From a virus (Duplodnaviria; Caudoviricetes), in the IMG/VR virus record IMGVR_UViG_3300032295_003840, positions 64,001-128,000 of that record: DNA of 64,000 nt; one strand, 5' to 3'. This document shows positions 27,566 through 36,571 of this stretch, in pieces. Every line of letters starts with the position of its first letter. Position 1 is the first letter of the stretch. The notes beneath the pieces were generated by a model, which saw only the letters and a program-made list of their open reading frames with translations, was not told where the DNA came from and ran no database searches. Position numbers and translations under genes: made by a program.

Positions 27566-28117
27566 TTAGGAGATTGTAATGGTCCAGGTGATCTGCAGCG
27601 TATCGTCGTTACCTTTGTTGACAGCATTGAAGGTTGTGCGGCAAAGCATGGTACCACCAGAAGCCTGAGTATTGGAGCTGTTGAAAATGCCAGCTTCAGT
27701 AATGGCTGTGGTGTTGCTGGTGTTGGTGCGCTGTGGATTGTTTACACCAAATGTAGACACATAGGTAACAATACCAGTTGAGAAGCTGCTGGTGGTCAGG
27801 CTTGCGCGGCTATAGGCGAAGATATCGCCACCCACGGCAACTTCGGCTGTAAGGCTGGTGTCAGCGTTGGCAGCAGCAGTAGTGCTGGTACCAATGCCCA
27901 TGTGCGACATGCAGCTGGTCAGTGTGCTAGTGCTGCGGTTGTCGGCAGCCAGGCCAGCCACACTGTTGGGACCAACCATGCGTGTGGCAATATAGGTTTT
28001 ACCAGACTGTACTACTAGGTTGGGAATGTAGCGACTGTCCTTGATTTCGCCGTCGGGACCGATGAGTTTAATGTCAACGCTACCACGAAGCTTTTGTGTA
28101 TCTTCGTATTTAGTCAT
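27566..28117 (-). CDS. Conserved virion structural protein (TEAGIFN family)
   Basis: NLVV..G, MSHMGIG, ITEAGIFN and MLCRTTF..VNKG..DTLQITW.I motifs; AGGAG RBS. Confidence 0.75.
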   Translation of the reverse strand: MTKYEDTQKLRGSVDIKLIGPDGEIKDSRYIPNLVVQSGKTYIATRMVGPNSVAGLAADNRSTSTLTSCMSHMGIGTSTTAAANADTSLTAEVAVGGDIFAYSRASLTTSSFSTGIVTYVSTFGVNNPQRTNTSNTTAITEAGIFNSSNTQASGGTMLCRTTFNAVNKGNDDTLQITWTITIS

Positions 28118-28131
28118 TTAGTGCTCCTTAT

Positions 28132-31100
28132 TTAAGAAAATGATCGCGATGCGCCAACATAGTCGTTCTCAAGATATTCTATGTCAACGTAGTCTGTCAT
28201 GCGTAGAGATCCATTACTGACCATAGTATTTATATTTCCGAACGGGTCAAGATCGCCCTGCGGGTCGATCAGTGTGTCTTCCAGAGTTCGGAACAGCAGG
28301 TTGCTAATGGTAACAGCGTCTGAGGCCAGCAGATCTTCACGACGGGGCTGGGTCAGCAGATAGTTAAAACGACTTTCTGTGGAAAGACTAAGTTCAACAG
28401 GACGTTTATAGTTAGCGAATCTGCGCTGATCGTCTGAAATTACTATGTTTTGAGTGGTCAGTATTATAATGGGCGGAACAATGCCTGTTCCGCCGCCACC
28501 AGCTCCTCGGCCCAAGCTACCGCTATAGGCGCCGCCTCCACCACCGCCAGCACCGCCCCCAGAACCCGGAGAACCGGCGGTGCTGTCATTGTTAGGAACA
28601 CCGGTATTGCCAGTATCTGCATTACCACCGGCACCACCGTTGCCACTATAACCGCCAGCGCCACCGCCGCCACCGCCTGAATAGGTAGCTGTACGATTAC
28701 CACCGTTGCCGCCATTGCCACCGCCCTGACCAACGTAATTGCCGCCAGTTCCTCCTGCAATGCCGTTGGCGCCACCACCGCCTTTTACAGTTGTAATGCT
28801 GCTAAAATAACTGTCACCTCCAGAATTTTGCACTGAGAATAGTCCAGCTCTACCAACCTGAACTGTGTAGGTGTTGCCTAGCCCCACAGGCACAACAGCC
28901 CAGCCTAAACCTCCGCCACCGCCACCTCTGCCGCCATTGTCCTGCCCCGCTCCACCGCCACCGACACAGATAGCTACAACTATGCCATTTACAGTGGAAA
29001 CCCAAGATGTGACAAAATTTGTTGTGGCCGCAGCCGATGTGGTAAATGTTATAGAAGAGTCTGTACCATTGGCATTTTTCCAATACAGATGTACTACACC
29101 AACACCGGCATCGCCGAGGCCTCGGCCGAGGCCATCGGCACCGCCGCCACCGCCACCGTAGGTACCGCCAGCACTGCTGGTAGTACCATTGGCACCACTA
29201 GATCCACCAGCACCTGGATCTGGTAAAGCCAATGAGGTACCGCGTGCACCACCAGCACCCGATGCGCCACCTGCCGCAATATATGAAATTTCCACCAAAG
29301 GCGTTTTAAGAAAATCTAGACTGATGCGTTCCTGAGCATCGCCGCTGAATCTGATTGTGCCATAGCGCTGACCTATGCGTACAATGTCAGTAGTACTGGT
29401 GGCTGCTATGGTTACGCCGCTTACAGTGACATTGGCGCCTTGCTTGGCTCTCAGGCTGAAGTCAAAGCTAGTTCTTTCTAAATCATTGCCGCTAACACGA
29501 GCCCCAAAAGTGCCACCGCCAAAGCCTATGACCACAGCCACAGAAGAAATTCGTTTTCCTACAGTAAAGAAGCTGCGCTCTTCGTTGGCACTGCGCTGAT
29601 CGTAGTCAATGCCAGCTCGTAGTGTAATACTGCTAATGGGTTTGCTGATGTCAAATCTGATGCGTTCCTGAGCATCGCCACTGAAACGAATTACACCATA
29701 TCGTTGTCCTACTCGTACGTTGTCACTGGTGCTGCTAGCAGCAATGGTCACACCGCTTACAGTGACATTGGCGCCCTGTTTGGCCAACAGACTAAAGTCA
29801 AAGGCAGTACGTTCCAGGGGCGAGCCCGTGACACGAATACCCAGAGCGGGTACAATGCCTGCTGTTAAACTATCACGCTCCAGCAGAGTGGCGCGATAGG
29901 TCAGTCCGTCGAAGGTCTGCAGGAAGTCATCGGGTATGACGCTGTCGCCGATGCGCTTGGTGATGCTGAACACCAGACGTTCCAGCACATTGCCACGTGC
30001 CTGGTCTACCCCGCTGCCTGCTCTGATGTTGATGCTGCTGATGGCCTTGTTGACATTCAGGCTAATACGCTCCTGGGCATCGCCGCTGAATCTAATGATG
30101 CCAAACTGCTGACCAACGCGTAGGGTATCACTGGTGCTGCTGGCCGCCACGGTAACACCACTCACCGTGACATTGGCGCCCTGCTTGGCACGCAGTGTAA
30201 AGTTAAAACTGGTGCGTTCTAGATCGTCGCCACTGACACGCAGGCCCGGCGCCGCAGTACCAAAGCCAATCTGAACTGGATGTGTTGCAGGATTGCCTGC
30301 ATCGGCACGAGCCAGCATGGTGATGCTGAACGCCAGACGTTCCAGCTCATTGCCCCGTGCCTGGTCTATGTCAATGCCAGCCTTGACATCATCGGTTTTA
30401 TTCAGACCAACCAATTTAGCTGTGCGATCCAATATGATTGGCTGATCAGTCAGACTCTTGGTAATATCGAAGAAACGTGAGTCTGCAGTAGGCTGTATTT
30501 CTCGGAATAGTTTGGTGCCGTCATAGGTCAGACCGTCTGTGACTAGACTGTAGGAATCTTCTACACTGACAGTATCAGTCAAGGTTGCAGGAATCAGCAG
30601 CTTGGCTATGCGGTCCAGCGCCGGTGTTTCCAGTTCAAAATTACGCTTGTAGTCAGTGATGCTGGTCCAGAGATCTATGACACCAACAGCATCACGATCC
30701 TGTGCAGACTGTGACAACAGCACCGATGAATCTCTGACACCAGTATAGCCTATGACAGTGACCGTGGTTTCATAGGATGTAGAATATTCAGTGTTTAGAA
30801 CACGGAAATTGGTAAACGCAGCAAAGGGCGATGACCCTAGTTCATCATCGGCATTCTGACGGAATCGAACCAGTACACTCGCCTGACGTTGTGCCGGCGT
30901 TAGAACAATGGTCTTGGTTGTATAACTGGTACCACTGTATGGCGAACTACTGGTATCAAAAATCGTTGTTGTTGTGTCACCTATTGTAACACTAAATGAC
31001 GGTGAGCCGTCATGACCTGAAACTCGCCAATCAAAACTAATGGCTGTGGCATTGCGCAGATCCAGTAAATTGCTGTCAATGTAGCGTGATTCACCCTGAA

Positions 31101-34100
31101 AGATGCCTGGCGTACGGTAAGTAAAATAGTTTCCAAAGTCATCTGTACTAACCGTACCAAACCGATCACTGGTAGACAAAAACAAGGTGGATCCAGTCCA
31201 GTTATTGCCCGTGGTAACTGAACTCATGTAACCATCGGTCTGCAGAGTGACATAGTATGGTGTTACAATGGTCTGCACCGATGTACTGAACTGCGAAGGA
31301 ACCAGAGATTCTATGGTCTTGACCAGCAGACTTCCAGCCACACTGCGTCGTGCAGACTTGTTGATGTTGAATGCAGTACGTTCTAGATCGTCGCCACTGA
31401 CACGTTGCCCAAAGTTGTCGGCACCAAAGCCTACAACAATGTTCACAGAACTAATGGGTTTGATCAGAGTAAACCGTTCAGCATCCAACGGCGGTGCTGC
31501 CTCTTCAAATACACGATTCACTGAAATTAGACGACGCCAGGTGTCCACAGTACCCACTCGGTCGGTATCGGAACTGGTGTAGGTCAGCGCCACGGAACTG
31601 TCCAGCGGATGGGCTGTGCCTGTAAATACTGTGCTGGTTGTCACCGACGTTACAGTAACAACTGAAGTTACAGTCAACAATGAAACTTCGGCTACACCAT
31701 AGTTGTCGGTTGTGCCGCCGCTGGAGGCAAACTGCACCAGACGTATTCTGGTGGGGCTGAACAACAATGCTATGCTGGTCAGTGTCCAGCTGTCAGTGGT
31801 TAATAAATTAACCGTGGTTGCCGTAACCCAGGTGCCAGTCGACGATGACAGATACTGCAATACCAGTTGTTCGCCACTCAGATCAGGAGTTTCGCCACCG
31901 TTGGTGCCGTTACCAGCTATGTGCCTGAAGGCTATACTGGCAATCCCAGTACTGAAACTCTTGGTGGTCAGAGTACGTGTAGTAGCAGTGTCAAAGAAGT
32001 AGTGTGCATAGGTGGCAAACCCACCGGTAGCGCCCGAGCCCGTGCCGGCCCCGCGGTTGCGTATACCTATGCCCGAGGCCCAGATGTTACTGTTGGTGAA
32101 TACACCGGCGCTGGTGGTCAGCGTAGCAATGTTGGTGTCTGACGTTGTGACCTGACCTGAAGTAGTAGCAACACTGGTTGTAAACACCAGGCTCGTGGTG
32201 CCTGTTGAGCCGTCAGTGTCTTTGAAGTTGATGGTGTATTGCTGTCCAGCTCGGGCAGATTTGACCACATCATAGCGCGTGGCACTGGGCAGCTCGGCAC
32301 CGCGCGGAGTAGGTCGATTGCTGACACTGGTGGTAAAGCTGGTAAAACTTGTGTCCGCTATAAACAAGGTAGTGCGTAATACACTGCTTACAGTAGTGTT
32401 TAATTCAATGCCCACCAGCGTACTGGTGCCCGAAGTAGTAGTACCAGGCACCAAAGCACTCCGTATGGGTACAGCATTGTCAACAAACACAGAGCCTGTG
32501 GTAGAAGTGCTGGAACTCCAGGTATCAGCGTCGGTACTGGTCCAGACTATGGGAACACCGGCGCTGAGTTCACCAATAACAACAAATCTGGAAAGACTGG
32601 TGTCCCAGAATATACCCTGTGGAACTGCCGATCCCGTCAGAGTAGAACTAAACCAGGTATTCAGACTCGTTGTTCTCCAGACCGGTCCTCCACTGGCAGG
32701 ATAGACAAAAACAAATTGACCAGCACCATGTGTCAGGAAATTGTTGTCAAGGTATGAACTTGAAATTTCGCCGGGCCAGCCTGGGAAATCATTGCCCACA
32801 TTGGTAAAAAATGTGCCGATAGACACTGAGCTGTTAAGAAACCAGGTTTGACCGTCAAGATTGACCAGTACTGTATAGCCTGTGCCGCTTGGCAGGGCAC
32901 CGCTGGCTACGCCTGCGGGATAATCGCCAGTGAGCGCCAAACCGCCGGGACCAATGTGAGTAGTACCCGCATTCCAGGTGGTAAGCTGGTTGTTGGAGTA
33001 ATCATAGCGCCAGCTATATTGTGTGGAACCTTTACCTGAAGGCGGAATGCTTCGACGATGAAATGCTATGAATATACGACGATTGTTATCCCAGTGAGGT
33101 AAATAGTATTGTGTACCATTGACGTTTATTGCGGCCGCAGCACTGGCCCAGCTAGCACCCTGATCTGTACTCTTAAATGGACCTACGGTGGCGCTCATAA
33201 GAGCTATGGAGGTATTGCCCACCAGGCCGTCGCTGGCAAATTTGTAAACGCTATTACCAAAATTAATCGGTGACCAGGTTGTTCCCGTGTTGGTAGAACG
33301 CACACCCCAGCTGCTATCACTTCGACTTATAACAAACACGCTGGTGGTCAGTGCAGCCAGGTCGTACCAGTTCGTGGTGTTAGATACTATAGTAGGGCGC
33401 GTAGGTGCACTTAGTCTGGCGCTTATTTGCGCAGTAATACTGGATGCTACCGACGTTGAAACCCGTTCAAAGTTAGTACGCAGATCAATGAGATCGGCTT
33501 CGCGGCGGCGGGCAGCGTGTGCTCGACGTACCGAGTCGGTCTGCTCTACGGTTTCACGGAGTACTTTGGTCAGGCTATAAAATTCGGCATCGGGTATGAA
33601 ACCAATGGTAAGTGGAGTTCTGTTGCCAACATAGATTTCAAACAATGCATAGTTGTCACCGAATTCGGTGGGCGAGCCAGTCTGACGCCAGCGCCATATA
33701 GTAGACGAAGTCTTGGAAGCCACTGGCATGGTAATGCTGGTGGTACGCCAGTTGGCACCGTCGGGCCAGAGCGTGGCACCAGCCCAGATTGTGGCTGTGG
33801 TGGTGAAGCTGGTGCCCAGATCAGTACTGTATTCCAGTATGAGATTTTCGCCAGCCTCGGGTCGATCACCACCATTGGAAGTATTGCCAGCTATGAAACT
33901 AAAGATGACGTTGTCGCCCGTGGTTGTATCCAGCGGCACAGTGGCCAGCCAACGTGAACCCAGACCAGAAAACAGTACATAATTGCCGCCTGCGGGTTCG
34001 CCTGTGCCCAGACCATCGCTGGGTATGGCAGGAGCATAGAAGCCATCGAACTGACTAGCCGCAGTACCACTGCTGGTCACGGCAACATTGGATGTGACCG

Positions 34101-35997
34101 ACGTCGCCGAGAACAACTGGGAGCCGGCAAAGTTTGTTCCCAGCTCTCTGTTGTAGAGCAGATCCTGCGGACTATCAATATAGACTGTGACATAACCAAC
34201 ACGATCAGCAAAACTCAGTCCAGGTTGCAGAGAAATTAAATCTGCGGGTTGATCCAGAGCATCTTCTACTAAAAAGAAACGATTAAAGATCTTGGAAAAA
34301 ACATCGTCGATGATTTCATCGTCTTCAAATACGCGCTGTGCATTGAATAGTCTGGAAAATACATCGGTGCTCAGCGTGTCATCGGTTTTGTTCAAACCAT
34401 AGTTATAGGTAATGCCGTCGAACACACCGGCCAGATCTTCGGTAATGGCAGTGTCGGCCAGATTTTTAACAACGGCTAGTCTGGAGAAATCCTGCAGATC
34501 ATTGGCATCGGACAATACCTTGTTCAGTAACTTGCTGGTCTGATCCTCGGTGATTTGGTCTTCGAATTTTGTCAGGCCAATGCCTAGCTGACTTGCGTCC
34601 TGAATAGTCTGTGCATCCGCCAGATTGACCAGTTTAAATACCACGGCCAATATTACATCCAAGAACTCCACAGAATCCGCTGCAGCAAATTTATTCAACC
34701 GCAATGCGGTACGATCTTCAGACAGCTCGGCGTCTTCGAACACACGGCTAGTTACTGTGGTGCGAATCAGTTCATCCTGCAATGTCTGTACATCGCGTAT
34801 ACCCTGACCAATGAATAGTTGTTTTTGATCCGACGCAATCACAACGTCGACGTTGTTTGGTAAGCCGAAGCCCAAACTTAGCCGTGCAATGTCCAGCAGA
34901 CTAACAAAGTCTGGATCCAGAGTTCTGAAATAATTTGTAGCCGATCTAAAATTATCTGTGGCAAAAACTTCAAAGGAACGTGACAATCCATAGCTATAGG
35001 TAATGCCGTCAAATACACCGGCCAGATCCTGAGGCACAACAAAGTCCGCCAGATTCTTAACAATGTCTTGGATTAGACGATCAGCAAAGTCTGTCTGATC
35101 AGCCAGCCCCTTGCCAGGTATTCGGCTGGTCTGATCCTGGATTATTACGGCATCGGCCTTGGTTATGGATACTGCTTTGAACAGTTGATCCAGAGTAACA
35201 ACATCGTCAAATTTACCAAGTAAGCTACTTAATGTGGTGCGGTCTGCAAAGGCAATGCTGTCTTGTTTTAACAGCTCGGCGCGCAGTGCAACATTGTCAA
35301 TTTCTGCCACGGCATCGGCCAGCACCTTGCTCAGACTAAACACAGGATCTTCTTGTGCCGAAGTCTCATCAAACAGTGCCTTGCCTATGTCAAAACTTTC
35401 CAGATCAGTGATCTGTACTGCATGCTGGAACAGACGACCAAATGTCACCAGAATTCTGGACACGTCGGTGGCCAGCAATGAATCAAATATATTGAGGCCT
35501 GGTTCCAGGCTAGGTAGATCTCGGGCACTGACCAGGTCTGTGGGCAGAGGTTTGTCTAGTCGCAACGCAGTACGACTCTGCATCAGTGCTGCGTCTTCAA
35601 ATACTCGGAAGGCACGGATCAGTAGACGCAGACGATCGTCGGTGGCCTGCACAAATTCATTGAAGCCCTTGCCAGGCACCAGGAAGGCATCGTCATCGGT
35701 GACCGATACCGCATCATCAAAAAATCTGCCGCGAATAAACAGCAGCAATGGACTGTCTACTGGCAACAGGTATTCGGCAAACACCTGCACACCGCTGACT
35801 GTATCGGAATAGACAATACGATCAATGACACGACGCACCAGCTCGGCACGTTTTACCAGTACGTTGTTGTCACGTAGCTCAGGTGTTATCTGAGTCTTGT
35901 TGATGACTGTCTTGGTGAATAGTTGTGAGCCACTCTGAAGCTCGGCCAGAGTGACCAGACTTGAACCGCTGCGTGTTATCCGATTGATTTTTGCCAT
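28132..35997 (-). CDS. Giant repetitive fibre/adhesin-like virion protein (18-aa repeat backbone; reelin-like, Asp-box and Gly-rich inserts)
   Basis: Uninterrupted 2621-aa ORF with K/R-x-L/F-x-D-x5-D periodicity, Asp-box SxDxGxxW motifs and a Gly-rich C-terminal domain; lies in the structural block. Confidence 0.8.
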   Translation of the reverse strand: MAKINRITRSGSSLVTLAELQSGSQLFTKTVINKTQITPELRDNNVLVKRAELVRRVIDRIVYSDTVSGVQVFAEYLLPVDSPLLLFIRGRFFDDAVSVTDDDAFLVPGKGFNEFVQATDDRLRLLIRAFRVFEDAALMQSRTALRLDKPLPTDLVSARDLPSLEPGLNIFDSLLATDVSRILVTFGRLFQHAVQITDLESFDIGKALFDETSAQEDPVFSLSKVLADAVAEIDNVALRAELLKQDSIAFADRTTLSSLLGKFDDVVTLDQLFKAVSITKADAVIIQDQTSRIPGKGLADQTDFADRLIQDIVKNLADFVVPQDLAGVFDGITYSYGLSRSFEVFATDNFRSATNYFRTLDPDFVSLLDIARLSLGFGLPNNVDVVIASDQKQLFIGQGIRDVQTLQDELIRTTVTSRVFEDAELSEDRTALRLNKFAAADSVEFLDVILAVVFKLVNLADAQTIQDASQLGIGLTKFEDQITEDQTSKLLNKVLSDANDLQDFSRLAVVKNLADTAITEDLAGVFDGITYNYGLNKTDDTLSTDVFSRLFNAQRVFEDDEIIDDVFSKIFNRFFLVEDALDQPADLISLQPGLSFADRVGYVTVYIDSPQDLLYNRELGTNFAGSQLFSATSVTSNVAVTSSGTAASQFDGFYAPAIPSDGLGTGEPAGGNYVLFSGLGSRWLATVPLDTTTGDNVIFSFIAGNTSNGGDRPEAGENLILEYSTDLGTSFTTTATIWAGATLWPDGANWRTTSITMPVASKTSSTIWRWRQTGSPTEFGDNYALFEIYVGNRTPLTIGFIPDAEFYSLTKVLRETVEQTDSVRRAHAARRREADLIDLRTNFERVSTSVASSITAQISARLSAPTRPTIVSNTTNWYDLAALTTSVFVISRSDSSWGVRSTNTGTTWSPINFGNSVYKFASDGLVGNTSIALMSATVGPFKSTDQGASWASAAAAINVNGTQYYLPHWDNNRRIFIAFHRRSIPPSGKGSTQYSWRYDYSNNQLTTWNAGTTHIGPGGLALTGDYPAGVASGALPSGTGYTVLVNLDGQTWFLNSSVSIGTFFTNVGNDFPGWPGEISSSYLDNNFLTHGAGQFVFVYPASGGPVWRTTSLNTWFSSTLTGSAVPQGIFWDTSLSRFVVIGELSAGVPIVWTSTDADTWSSSTSTTGSVFVDNAVPIRSALVPGTTTSGTSTLVGIELNTTVSSVLRTTLFIADTSFTSFTTSVSNRPTPRGAELPSATRYDVVKSARAGQQYTINFKDTDGSTGTTSLVFTTSVATTSGQVTTSDTNIATLTTSAGVFTNSNIWASGIGIRNRGAGTGSGATGGFATYAHYFFDTATTRTLTTKSFSTGIASIAFRHIAGNGTNGGETPDLSGEQLVLQYLSSSTGTWVTATTVNLLTTDSWTLTSIALLFSPTRIRLVQFASSGGTTDNYGVAEVSLLTVTSVVTVTSVTTSTVFTGTAHPLDSSVALTYTSSDTDRVGTVDTWRRLISVNRVFEEAAPPLDAERFTLIKPISSVNIVVGFGADNFGQRVSGDDLERTAFNINKSARRSVAGSLLVKTIESLVPSQFSTSVQTIVTPYYVTLQTDGYMSSVTTGNNWTGSTLFLSTSDRFGTVSTDDFGNYFTYRTPGIFQGESRYIDSNLLDLRNATAISFDWRVSGHDGSPSFSVTIGDTTTTIFDTSSSPYSGTSYTTKTIVLTPAQRQASVLVRFRQNADDELGSSPFAAFTNFRVLNTEYSTSYETTVTVIGYTGVRDSSVLLSQSAQDRDAVGVIDLWTSITDYKRNFELETPALDRIAKLLIPATLTDTVSVEDSYSLVTDGLTYDGTKLFREIQPTADSRFFDITKSLTDQPIILDRTAKLVGLNKTDDVKAGIDIDQARGNELERLAFSITMLARADAGNPATHPVQIGFGTAAPGLRVSGDDLERTSFNFTLRAKQGANVTVSGVTVAASSTSDTLRVGQQFGIIRFSGDAQERISLNVNKAISSINIRAGSGVDQARGNVLERLVFSITKRIGDSVIPDDFLQTFDGLTYRATLLERDSLTAGIVPALGIRVTGSPLERTAFDFSLLAKQGANVTVSGVTIAASSTSDNVRVGQRYGVIRFSGDAQERIRFDISKPISSITLRAGIDYDQRSANEERSFFTVGKRISSVAVVIGFGGGTFGARVSGNDLERTSFDFSLRAKQGANVTVSGVTIAATSTTDIVRIGQRYGTIRFSGDAQERISLDFLKTPLVEISYIAAGGASGAGGARGTSLALPDPGAGGSSGANGTTSSAGGTYGGGGGGADGLGRGLGDAGVGVVHLYWKNANGTDSSITFTTSAAATTNFVTSWVSTVNGIVVAICVGGGGAGQDNGGRGGGGGGLGWAVVPVGLGNTYTVQVGRAGLFSVQNSGGDSYFSSITTVKGGGGANGIAGGTGGNYVGQGGGNGGNGGNRTATYSGGGGGGAGGYSGNGGAGGNADTGNTGVPNNDSTAGSPGSGGGAGGGGGGAYSGSLGRGAGGGGTGIVPPIIILTTQNIVISDDQRRFANYKRPVELSLSTESRFNYLLTQPRREDLLASDAVTISNLLFRTLEDTLIDPQGDLDPFGNINTMVSNGSLRMTDYVDIEYLENDYVGASRSFS
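28227..28234 (-). promoter_or_regulatory. Late promoter inside the 3' end of the 2621-aa gene
   Basis: TATAAATA 110 bp before the ATG at 28117. Confidence 0.6.
29310..30400 (-). repeat. Degenerate intragenic tandem repeats
   Basis: AKQGANVTVSGVT.AA.ST.D..R.GQ..G.IRFSGDAQERI occurs three times; DNA blocks gtgacattggcgcc and gcatcgcc(g/a)ctgaa recur near 29330-29440, 29660-29780 and 30070-30190. Confidence 0.9.
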
Positions 35998-36001
35998 TGC
36001 A

Positions 36002-36340
36002 TCACCGTGTGACGCGTGGCGTCACGGTTACTATACCCTCAACAGCCCGAGTTTTTACACCCGTGGAGCTGTTGGTGATCAGTACATCGTAGACATATCT
36101 CCCGTATTTTAACGCAGCACTGGTGGTGCTTGACATGGTTAAAACCAGTTCACCATTGCTTGGAATAGGCATGCTTACAGCAAAAACCGCACTGGCAGTG
36201 GTGCTATCATAACTACGCCGAACCTGAGCAGTGGCACCATAGTTGGTCAGGTTCAGTGGTTCGGTGTTGGTGCTGTATAATTTAATTACAGCCTCGAAGT
36301 CTGCACCCTGGTCTATGGTAAGATTTGTAGTTATGGCCAT
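36002..36340 (-). CDS. Small Ig-like/BppU-N-like structural protein
   Basis: NLTIDQGADF, LNLTNY...AQVRR, GRYVYDV and R.VEG.V.V.P.VTR motifs. Confidence 0.8.
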   Translation of the reverse strand: MAITTNLTIDQGADFEAVIKLYSTNTEPLNLTNYGATAQVRRSYDSTTASAVFAVSMPIPSNGELVLTMSSTTSAALKYGRYVYDVLITNSSTGVKTRAVEGIVTVTPRVTR

Positions 36341-36343
36341 GGT

Positions 36344-36571
36344 TTACTTTTCCAGCAATCTGATTAGCAAATTCTTTATATCGGCGATGTCCGATTCCAT
36401 GTTATTTATTCTGGTTTCCATGGTGTCGACCTTTTCACGCTGCTGCTGTCGATGCTGTTTAATTTTAACATAGCGTTCATAGGCCTCGGCATCGACATCG
36501 ATGACTGCGCCGCCGCGAGTGCGGCGCAGTTCCTCGTAACCAGCAATTCGTTGTGTTTCATTATTATGCAT
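36344..36571 (-). CDS. Conserved small coiled-coil protein
   Basis: L.R..GAVI.....Y..Y followed by a heptad C-terminus; typical position after VrlC-like genes; start uncertain (36571 or 36577). Confidence 0.7.
   Translation of the reverse strand: MHNNETQRIAGYEELRRTRGGAVIDVDAEAYERYVKIKQHRQQQREKVDTMETRINNMESDIADIKNLLIRLLEK
36403..36410 (-). promoter_or_regulatory. Late promoter for the 112-aa and 2621-aa genes
   Basis: AATAAATA 63 bp before the ATG at 36340. Confidence 0.6.

Noticed and set aside
28480-29280. PE-PGRS or collagen domain
   Set aside because: No PE domain and no sustained Gly-X-Y register; it is the common phage glycine-rich tail domain (VGGGGAG...Y.V.VG.AG...GG.S.F).
29310-30400. 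Diversity-generating retroelement template/variable repeats or a CRISPR array
   Set aside because: Differences between copies include many synonymous C/T changes rather than adenine-specific ones, no reverse transcriptase or cas gene is present, and the repeats are in-frame coding with irregular spacing.
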